DNA of 64,000 nucleotides from Candidatus Gastranaerophilales bacterium (GTDB lineage Bacteria; Cyanobacteriota; Vampirovibrionia; Gastranaerophilales; Gastranaerophilaceae): NCBI GenBank assembly GCA_944325825.1, contig CALVBP010000003.1, positions 16,081 to 80,080 of the forward strand, read 5' to 3'. Shown piece by piece: positions 56,308 to 64,000 of this stretch (position 1 is its first letter; each line of letters starts with the position of its first letter). The notes under the pieces were generated by a model. It saw only the letters and a program-made list of their open reading frames with translations, ran no database searches and was not told where the DNA came from. The position numbers and the translations under genes were made by a program.

Positions 56308-58398
56308 TTAGTATCCGCCGGATTCGCCTATCGTATCAACAGCTTCGACTTTAATATCAGTAATAAGTTCAGAATAAGAAATAACAACAATAGTCGGGAT
56401 ATGGCGTTCAAGAAGCTGGTAAAGCGGAAGTCTTATTCTCGGGGAGCAGAGAATTACCGGCTGAAGCCCGATAGCTTGATGTGCTCTCATTAATGTCATA
56501 GCCGTAGATTCAATTAAGTCCTGAACCTGCATTGGATTAAGAAGGAACATTGTACCTAATTCTGTTCTTTGACAACTATCATCAAGAGTCTTTTCCCATT
56601 CAGGAGAAAGCGTAAGAGCATATAAAACTTTATCCTTATCAACGTTATTTAAACATATCTGACGTCCGAGCGCCGCCCTTAAACGTTCAGAGAGGATATC
56701 CGGCTCTTTTGAAAATCTTGCATAATCACAAAGACGTTCAAATACAAATATAATATCCTTAATAGAAACCTTTTCTCTGATAAGGTTTACAAAAATCTTT
56801 CTCAAATCACTTGTGGAAATAATAGCCGGAACAAGGTCGTTAACAAGAGTCGGGTCTTGGGAACGAACAAGTTCCATAAGTTTAAGAACATCCGTTTTTG
56901 TCATAACCTCATCTACATGTTTACGTACACATTCTTGCAAGTGAGTAACAAGGACATCTGTAGCATCAACTGCCGTAACATTTTTAGTTGCTTTGGCATC
57001 CTCAGCACTAATCCAGTAAGCCTGAGTTTGATAAGTCGGGTCAACACCGACTATAGCATCTTCAGGAATTGTTTTCTTAACTGAATCCCACTGGTCAGCA
57101 ATGACCATATATTTACCCGGATATACATACCCGGAGGCAACAACATTATTACGAATAGAAATGACATATTCATTCGCCTCAAGAGCAGATGAATCCATAA
57201 TACGAATATTAGGGAGAATGTATCCCAATTCATCCGTAACCCTTTGACGCAGAGCAGCAATTTTTGCAAGGAGTTGACCTTCTTGATCAGGGTCGGCAAT
57301 AACAAGCAATCCGGCACCAACCTGCAAGCTCAAAACATCAACCCCCAATCTTTCATACATCTTATTAGGATTAACTAAGTCCTGCATATTTTGACGAACA
57401 CTTTCCAATTGACCCAATTGGGATTGAACATCCGCATTAACAAGAACCGAGAAGCCTGCTACTGTAAGTATTATTGTAAACAAAAGGAATGGCAAAAACG
57501 GCAGTCCCGTAACAGGAGATGTTACGGTTATCAAGCCCAAGAATAGTGCGGCAAAGAACAATGAATAAGGTTTGGAAAGAATTTGATTTGTCAAATCACC
57601 GCCCAGTGAATTATTACCGGCAGAAGCACGAGTCATAACTATACCGGCTGAAATTGACATCAAAAGTGACGGCAGTTGAGAAGCCAGTCCGTCACCTATT
57701 GTTAAGACCGTATATTTACTTACAGCATCTGCAATAGGCATCTGATTTACAAGACAACCTATCGCCAATCCGCCTACGATGTTAATTATAACAATAATAA
57801 TACCTGCAATCGTATCCCCTTTTACGAACTTCATAGAACCGTCCATTGAACCGAAAAGACTTGATTCTCTTTGTAAATCTTCACGTCTTTTTACAGCCTC
57901 TTCCGGAGATATCAAACCGGCATTAAAGTCAGCATCAATAGTCATTTGCTTACCCGGCATAGCATCCAATGCAAAACGTGCAGCTACTTCTGCGATACGT
58001 TCGGCACCTTTGGTAATTACCATAAACTGTACAACCGTAATAATCAAAAAGATAACACCGCCGACAATCATATTACCACCGGTTACGAATGTACCAAATG
58101 CATGAATAACCTCACCAGCATCACCTTTAGCCAAAATAAGACGGGTTGATGCAATAGAAAGAACAAGCCGGAACATTGTACCGATAAGAATAATGGATGG
58201 AAATGCAGCCAATTCCAGAGGCTTTTGCACATACAAAGATATCATGAGCAGTACAATACCAAGGGTTATATTTAAGCTTATTGAGAAATTTATAACCCAA
58301 TTTGGCATCTCGATAATGAGGATTAAAACCAGCGTCATTATGAACAATGCCAAAAATATTTCTGATATTGGTTTTGAACCTGCTCCTTCTTGTGCCAT
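56308..58398 (-). CDS. flhA: Flagellar/T3SS export gate protein FlhA (SctV family)
   Basis: FRLVLSIASTRLIL, GAERIAEVAARFALDAMPGKQMTIDAD, FGSMDGSMKFVKGD, VLSLQVG, C-terminal cytoplasmic domain. Confidence 0.95.
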   Translation of the reverse strand: MAQEGAGSKPISEIFLALFIMTLVLILIIEMPNWVINFSISLNITLGIVLLMISLYVQKPLELAAFPSIILIGTMFRLVLSIASTRLILAKGDAGEVIHAFGTFVTGGNMIVGGVIFLIITVVQFMVITKGAERIAEVAARFALDAMPGKQMTIDADFNAGLISPEEAVKRREDLQRESSLFGSMDGSMKFVKGDTIAGIIIVIINIVGGLAIGCLVNQMPIADAVSKYTVLTIGDGLASQLPSLLMSISAGIVMTRASAGNNSLGGDLTNQILSKPYSLFFAALFLGLITVTSPVTGLPFLPFLLFTIILTVAGFSVLVNADVQSQLGQLESVRQNMQDLVNPNKMYERLGVDVLSLQVGAGLLVIADPDQEGQLLAKIAALRQRVTDELGYILPNIRIMDSSALEANEYVISIRNNVVASGYVYPGKYMVIADQWDSVKKTIPEDAIVGVDPTYQTQAYWISAEDAKATKNVTAVDATDVLVTHLQECVRKHVDEVMTKTDVLKLMELVRSQDPTLVNDLVPAIISTSDLRKIFVNLIREKVSIKDIIFVFERLCDYARFSKEPDILSERLRAALGRQICLNNVDKDKVLYALTLSPEWEKTLDDSCQRTELGTMFLLNPMQVQDLIESTAMTLMRAHQAIGLQPVILCSPRIRLPLYQLLERHIPTIVVISYSELITDIKVEAVDTIGESGGY

Positions 58399-59153
58399 TA
58401 CATACCTTCTAATGCTTTCTTAATGATTTCTATCTGGGTGTCAATTGAGGCATCCACGATACCATTGTTAGTCTGAAATATACAACCTCCTTCTTCTACA
58501 GAAGGATCCGCTACAATATTTATTTTAGAATCTATACCGTATTGATAAGTTATATTAGGTATAGTATCCTTGATAAACTGTACAGCCTGTGGACGAACTC
58601 TTATTACAATCTTGGGTTCGTTCTTGGAAGTCGTTTTTAGAATATCGACAATTGTATCAATAAGAATTTGCGGATCTGCATCCACTTCTTTTTTTATAAT
58701 CTTTTTTGCAATATCAACACTAATTTCCAGAATATCCGGCGCAATATACTCAAAAACATCTTTTTTAGCATTCATAAAAGAATTAAGTGATTGCCTGAAG
58801 TTTTCTAAATCAGCATTAGCTTTATCAAGTCCTGCTCTGTAACCTTCTTCAAAAGCTGATTTTTTAATATTTTCAGACTCTTCTTGAGCCCTGGAAACCA
58901 AATTCCTGTCATCAATTCTTCTATAGCCCCTTCTTCTGGAACCTCGTCTTCTTTCCTGCCTCTGGGTAAAATCGATATTTTCGATATCAAAAAGGTCAAT
59001 TTCCGGCTCTTTATTTTGTTCCGACTGCTGTTCTACAGCCGGAATCACCTCGTCCGGATTATATTCGGGAATTTCAGGTTTTGCAAGTTCTTGAACCTGC
59101 TCTTTTGCCTTTTTCCCCTCCCTCAATTTTTGATTACGCTTTTTAATAATCAT
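58398..59153 (-). CDS. fliH: FliH/SctL family export apparatus protein
   Basis: AFEEGYRAG, IVADPSVEEGGCIFQTNNGIVDASIDTQI. Confidence 0.9.
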   Translation of the reverse strand: MIIKKRNQKLREGKKAKEQVQELAKPEIPEYNPDEVIPAVEQQSEQNKEPEIDLFDIENIDFTQRQERRRGSRRRGYRRIDDRNLVSRAQEESENIKKSAFEEGYRAGLDKANADLENFRQSLNSFMNAKKDVFEYIAPDILEISVDIAKKIIKKEVDADPQILIDTIVDILKTTSKNEPKIVIRVRPQAVQFIKDTIPNITYQYGIDSKINIVADPSVEEGGCIFQTNNGIVDASIDTQIEIIKKALEGM

Positions 59154-59160
59154 AGTTTAA

Positions 59161-60201
59161 TTATATATTATCTTCAATGTATTGTACAACAATTCCTGCA
59201 ACTTTTAGCGGCATCTCGCCGTATTCACCGTCATAAGATTGAGAGATAAATCTTTTAACAAGAGGTCTCTCATTTTTAATAATCTTTTCGACCTTTTCTC
59301 TTGGAACCTTTTTGTAAACCTGTAAGAGGTCAAAAAGCACATTATCTTTCGTAAGTTTCTTCTTAATCGGAAGATAATTTTTCATTTCTTTAAGGCAATC
59401 CGTTACCAAATCTCCGTCCAAATGAGACTCTAAGTCAGCCATATTCATATACTGGGATATAGCAAGCGAATCATTGGAATCAAATTTATTAAGGATAGTT
59501 GTAACCTTATCCTGAGAAAGAATTTTAAGAACAAGTGCCAGAGACATGAGCTTCATCTGTTTATTGCTTACACCTTGAGGTGCTGATGCTGCGGCTTTTT
59601 CAGCCTTTCTTTGAGCGCGTCTTTCCTCTCGTTTTTTCTCTGCAGCAGCTTGATTCTTTTCAGCCTGCTCGACCATTTCTCGCTGCTTTCTCATCTGCTC
59701 TTCCTGAGCTTGTTTTGCCATAGCATCAATATTAGATTGACTTTCGGCACGATTTTTTACTTCTTCATCAATTACGCCTTTTGCCTCAAGCTCCTCTATG
59801 CTCTGTTTATAGACTTTAATCACGTGATGTTCTACCGCCTGTAAAAGCTGGTCTTGGGGAATTTTTCTTATAACAGCCTGCTTGGCGACTTCAAATATCG
59901 TAAATGCAATCTTTTGCATTATGCTGTCCCAGTACTGCGGAAGAATACCGGAATGAACCAGGTCTATAGATTTATGAAACGACCATTCCGCTATTACCTG
60001 AGTTATGAAAACTGCCTGCTCAGGAGTAAGATTAAGAGATGTATCATTATAGAGAGCTTCGCCCGCAAGGAGGGTGAAGTTACCTAACGTTTTTACAATA
60101 TAGTCTTTTTCATTATCTTTTAAATCAGCAGGTACTAGCTCTTTGGCTTGTTCAGCCATAGATGCTGCAAACGCTTTATAATCAAATCCTTCTATTGGCA
60201 T
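59161..60201 (-). CDS. Divergent FliG-like protein (C-terminal FliG-M/C-like region, novel N-domain)
   Basis: LALVLKILSQDKVTTILNKFD...AISQYM...LVTDCLKEM; operon with fliH-flhA. Confidence 0.6.
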   Translation of the reverse strand: MPIEGFDYKAFAASMAEQAKELVPADLKDNEKDYIVKTLGNFTLLAGEALYNDTSLNLTPEQAVFITQVIAEWSFHKSIDLVHSGILPQYWDSIMQKIAFTIFEVAKQAVIRKIPQDQLLQAVEHHVIKVYKQSIEELEAKGVIDEEVKNRAESQSNIDAMAKQAQEEQMRKQREMVEQAEKNQAAAEKKREERRAQRKAEKAAASAPQGVSNKQMKLMSLALVLKILSQDKVTTILNKFDSNDSLAISQYMNMADLESHLDGDLVTDCLKEMKNYLPIKKKLTKDNVLFDLLQVYKKVPREKVEKIIKNERPLVKRFISQSYDGEYGEMPLKVAGIVVQYIEDNI

Positions 60202-60351
60202 AATTTTCCCTCAAGATATGGTAATCCCTATCGTATTATATATTTTTTAAAATAATTTAACCTCATATAATTTAATGATTTTATTGACAAAAACAATATG
60301 TAATATTTCAAAAAAGCTTTCCGGCTTCACAATTTATGTTAAAATTTCAGT

Positions 60352-61422
60352 ATGAAGCAGCTTAAAGAGTTTAAAGAAAGTATTCATTCCTGCTCAAAAT
60401 GCGGATTATGCCAGTCAGTATGTCCTGTCTATAAAATTACGGGCAATGACTGCACAGTATCACGCGGACTTTTTATTATGCTTAAAGGTCTTATTAAAGG
60501 CGAATTAAAAATGTCAAAAAAGCTCAACCGCTATCTGGATTTATGTTTAAAATGCGGAGCCTGTTCAAGATTTTGCCCGAGCGGAATTGATGTTGTCGAT
60601 ATCATTGTTGCAGCTAAAGCTGAGTATTTTAAAACAAGCCTCAAGCAAAAATTTCTTTCTTTCATTCAAAAGCAAATTATTTTCGGGCTGTTTGTCGATT
60701 TTTTGAATTTGTTTTCCCGCAAATGCAAAAGCAAGCATTTTGAGAAAAAAGTATTATATTTTGGAGGTTGCAGTTCAAAAATAAAAGGAGACCGTCCTGT
60801 TGTTAAAATTTTAAACGAGATGGGTGTTGAAGTTATAAATCCGTCTTTTTCCTGCTGCGGAATTTCTTTATATACAAGAGGGGATTTAAAAGGTTTTAAC
60901 CAAAATATAGAAAAATTTATTAAAACAGTAAAAAAATACAATATTACAGATATAGTTACAACCTGCGCAAGTTGTGAAAAATCCCTTAAAGATTATATGA
61001 AATGGACAGATTCAAAAGAATCCAGAGATTTTCTCAAAAAAATTAAAGTAAAAAATCTTTATGAATATATAAAAGAAAACAAACTCAAATTAACACTTAA
61101 AAAACCTGTCGAAGTAACCTTCCATAAGCCTTGCAATATTGATAATTACGAAAATATAAAATGGTTTTTAAACAATATTGAAAACCTTACATACATTGAA
61201 ATGCAAGATTATGATAAATGCTGCGGGCTCAATGGAATCTCAAAATTCAGTGAATATAAAATAATGACAAAAATTTTCAACAAAAAAAGAAATAACATAC
61301 TAAACACCGGAGTCAAATACGTACTCACATCCTGCCTGGGATGTGAAGTCTCATTAAAATTATTTAGCCGAAATTCGTATGGTGTTGATGATTTAACGAA
61401 TTTTATAGCGAGCAGAATATAG
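60352..61422 (+). CDS. GlcF-like (Fe-S)-binding protein with CCG domains
   Basis: CSKCGLCQSVCP, CLKCGACSRFCP, CCG motifs, TTCASC, HKPC. Confidence 0.9.
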   Translation: MKQLKEFKESIHSCSKCGLCQSVCPVYKITGNDCTVSRGLFIMLKGLIKGELKMSKKLNRYLDLCLKCGACSRFCPSGIDVVDIIVAAKAEYFKTSLKQKFLSFIQKQIIFGLFVDFLNLFSRKCKSKHFEKKVLYFGGCSSKIKGDRPVVKILNEMGVEVINPSFSCCGISLYTRGDLKGFNQNIEKFIKTVKKYNITDIVTTCASCEKSLKDYMKWTDSKESRDFLKKIKVKNLYEYIKENKLKLTLKKPVEVTFHKPCNIDNYENIKWFLNNIENLTYIEMQDYDKCCGLNGISKFSEYKIMTKIFNKKRNNILNTGVKYVLTSCLGCEVSLKLFSRNSYGVDDLTNFIASRI

Positions 61423-61522
61423 CTTTATTGACCATATGGTCTAGAAGAATTTTAACCTCTTGATTGATGGCATGGGCATGCAAACCATGTACACTAAAAA
61501 GCAAGGGAGAGAGAGTATATTT

Positions 61523-62593
61523 ATGAAGAGAGTATTGTTGTTTGTTGGAATGTTTTTATCAATGTTATCTGTTATAGCAGAAGATAATGTGTTACAAACT
61601 ATAGAAATTGAACCTGTAAAGGACACCTATAACATAGTTCTTATCTCGGATAAGGCTGTAGATGTAAAAAAAGAAGTACAGGATACTAATAAAATTACAC
61701 TTACTATGAAAGATATCAGAGCATCTAAGACTCTGAATACCGTTTATAACAATGTATCAAACGTTGACACCGTTATGGTTGAGCCTCAAGGCAGCGGAAT
61801 CAGCATATTTTTCCAGGCAGAAAATGCTGCTGATGCGACTGTGACTTTTGATTCTTTAGTTCCTGCAGTTACAGCCGGAAAGGAATCAAAGACACTTAAA
61901 CTTAATAATCCTATTGAAAGTTATGCGCCTATTTATAAAGAAGATTACCAGACAGAAAAAACTTCATCTTTGTTTAAAAAACTAAAATCTTCTCAGGCTG
62001 TTGATACTATAAGAGAAAGTGTTGATGAAACAGATGCTGCCGACACAGCTAACAGAATTTTTTCATTCGGACTTGTTGCACTTCTCGGATACTTTGTTAT
62101 GAGACTCTTCAAACGCAAAGAACCTGAAATGAAAATTGGTTTGAGCCAAAGCCTGAATGAGAGAGAAATTAATATGTATCGTGGCATGCAACCTATTGCA
62201 TCTCCATACATAGCCCCCGAAAAACCATTTACAACCGTAAATTACGGACTAAATGCATATCAAAAAGAAGCTCGCAATCCTTATGAAACAGAGCCGCAAG
62301 AGATGCAATTCCACAATCCGAGATTAAGAAACTATGTTAACCCGCAGCCGTTGCAAAACGGAATCCAGCAAACAATAACAGCTCCGATTCCGCCACAGGC
62401 TCCTACAGCCGTTGCACAGCCGCAGGTTAAAAAACATACAACCCCTGTTAATACCGCACCGGTAAACCAGTCTAACCCTAATATTGATAATTTAAAATTC
62501 TTAGAATCTATGACTGCTATTTATGAAAAAAGCGGACGTCACGATTTAGCAAGAGGGTTAAAAGCAAGCTTAAGTAAAAATAACATTAAATAA
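61523..62593 (+). CDS. AMIN-like domain-containing membrane protein
   Basis: Signal peptide MKRVLLF..., LQTIEI...ITLTMKD AMIN-like strands, internal TM, Pro/Gln-rich tail; ORF from 61460. Confidence 0.7.
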   Translation: MKRVLLFVGMFLSMLSVIAEDNVLQTIEIEPVKDTYNIVLISDKAVDVKKEVQDTNKITLTMKDIRASKTLNTVYNNVSNVDTVMVEPQGSGISIFFQAENAADATVTFDSLVPAVTAGKESKTLKLNNPIESYAPIYKEDYQTEKTSSLFKKLKSSQAVDTIRESVDETDAADTANRIFSFGLVALLGYFVMRLFKRKEPEMKIGLSQSLNEREINMYRGMQPIASPYIAPEKPFTTVNYGLNAYQKEARNPYETEPQEMQFHNPRLRNYVNPQPLQNGIQQTITAPIPPQAPTAVAQPQVKKHTTPVNTAPVNQSNPNIDNLKFLESMTAIYEKSGRHDLARGLKASLSKNNIK

Positions 62594-62763
62594 CAACAAA
62601 TCTTTTTATAAAACTATACTATGTTAATTGGTACAAAAAGCACACACTTTGTGCCATTTTTTTTGATTTAAATTCACACTTTAGTTATTAAATAATATTA
62701 AGTCATTAACTTGTATAGCACCTGTATTTTATACAATTTTAGAATTTATGCTAAAATACATCT

Positions 62764-64000
62764 ATGAAAATATGTTTTATACCTATTGACAATCGTCCGG
62801 TTTGTTACAACTTAGTAAAAGATATTTGTGCTATTGACAAAAGTATCGAACTGGCAATTCCGCCACGGGAATGGCTCGGAGATTTAACAAAAACCGCAAA
62901 GACAGAAGATATCCTCAAATGGCTTGAACAGATTCCCGAAACCGATATAATTATCATATCCCTTGATACAATCATTTACGGCGGACTTATACCATCCAGA
63001 CGTTCCAATGAAACATTGGAAGAGCTAAAGCGCCGCACACAAAATTTAAAAGAAATACTTGTTAAAAAGAAGGCAAAAATCTTTGCTTTTTCAAGCATAA
63101 TGAGAATTTCCAATAATAATTACAATGAAGAAGAAAAAGTGTACTGGAAAGACTGGGGTAAAAAAATATTTGAATATTCGTATTTTACGCATAAGGGAAC
63201 TCCTGTTAAAACAGAAATCCCAAAAGAAATATTGGACGATTATTTAAAAACACGAAAGCGGAACTTTGAAATTAACAAAGTTTATTTAGAATGGCAAAGG
63301 GAAGGAATTATAGATACACTTATTTTTTCCAAAGATGATTGTGCAGAGTACGGATTCAATGTTCAAGAAGCCCGGATTTTAGAGACTCTGGGTGGAACAA
63401 CAAAAACAGGGGCTGACGAAATCCCGCTGACCCTACTATCCAGAGCCATAAAAAAAGATATAAAAATTTATCCGGTATTTACAGAACCTGAATATAAAAA
63501 CCTTGTTTCAAACTATGAAGATATTTCTATAGAAAAATCCGTTCTTTCACAAATGGAACTCGGGGGCTTTGAGCTTGCAGAATCGTACGAAAAAGCGGAT
63601 TTAATCCTTATTGTTAATAACTTTATTGAAAAGCAGGGAGAACTCGTTATGGGCTGGGAGACAAAACCTTATACAAACAAGTTTATTCCCCCGCAAAAGC
63701 CGTATGCCGTAGCCGATGTACGATATGCAAACGGTGCCGACAATAATTTTGTTAACAAGCTTTTAAACCAACTTGACTTAAAAAACTTTTACGGATACTC
63801 CGGCTGGAACACTTCCGCAAACACTTTAGGCAGCTTGCTTGCAGGAATTAAAGCTAAATATAATGCAGAAGATTCTAATGATAGAGCATTTAAACGACTT
63901 GAAATAATAAGATTTCTTGACGACTGGGCATATCAGGCAAATGTCAGAGGACAAATTAATTTTCCTTGCAATATAAAGGAATTTATGAAACCCTATGAAT
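62764..64000 (+). CDS. DUF4127 family protein (3'-truncated by window edge)
   Basis: MKICFIPIDNRPVC, LDTIIYGGLIPSR, RFLDDWAYQANVR; not in the ORF track because there is no stop in the window. Confidence 0.85.
   Translation, partial: MKICFIPIDNRPVCYNLVKDICAIDKSIELAIPPREWLGDLTKTAKTEDILKWLEQIPETDIIIISLDTIIYGGLIPSRRSNETLEELKRRTQNLKEILVKKKAKIFAFSSIMRISNNNYNEEEKVYWKDWGKKIFEYSYFTHKGTPVKTEIPKEILDDYLKTRKRNFEINKVYLEWQREGIIDTLIFSKDDCAEYGFNVQEARILETLGGTTKTGADEIPLTLLSRAIKKDIKIYPVFTEPEYKNLVSNYEDISIEKSVLSQMELGGFELAESYEKADLILIVNNFIEKQGELVMGWETKPYTNKFIPPQKPYAVADVRYANGADNNFVNKLLNQLDLKNFYGYSGWNTSANTLGSLLAGIKAKYNAEDSNDRAFKRLEIIRFLDDWAYQANVRGQINFPCNIKEFMKPYE

Noticed and set aside
808-62211. Numerous short antisense or out-of-frame ORFs within long genes (e.g. 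808-1158, 2802-3371, 9182-9616, 21139-21921)
   Set aside because: Shadows of well-supported genes on the opposite strand or frame; no motifs.
1-64000. tRNA, rRNA, integrase, transposase or cas genes
   Set aside because: No tRNA cloverleaf/T-loop motifs were spotted in the intergenic gaps, and no ORF carries recombinase or nuclease signatures.

Overview
Low-GC bacterial chromosomal segment, most consistent with a non-photosynthetic cyanobacterial relative (Vampirovibrionia/Melainabacteria, Gastranaerophilales-like). This is inferred from cyanobacterial-type ThiE, a PBP-A-like serine hydrolase, dapL, a GFTLAEVLITL pilin and the absence of photosynthesis genes. Housekeeping genes include dapL, mlaEFD, manC, ilvD, lptC/A, dprA-topA, thiE, clpB, cdaA and lysA. 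The window also holds a probable 6S RNA, a giant mosaic flagellin flanked by short-repeat and palindromic elements, and a reduced flagellar/T3SS export cluster (fliG-like, fliH, flhA and a FliE/SctI-like small gene). The best candidates for an undescribed system are: (1) a gene cluster at 22974-27628 encoding helical-hairpin proteins with shared terminal helices (a 109-aa PxxP needle-like protein, a 528-aa extended form, a Gly-rich hydrophobic form) next to an atypical kinase; (2) a 1923-aa protein with an apparently split papain-like catalytic triad; (3) RpaB/HLR1-like direct repeats in many promoter regions. All family assignments were made by eye from motifs; no searches were run.
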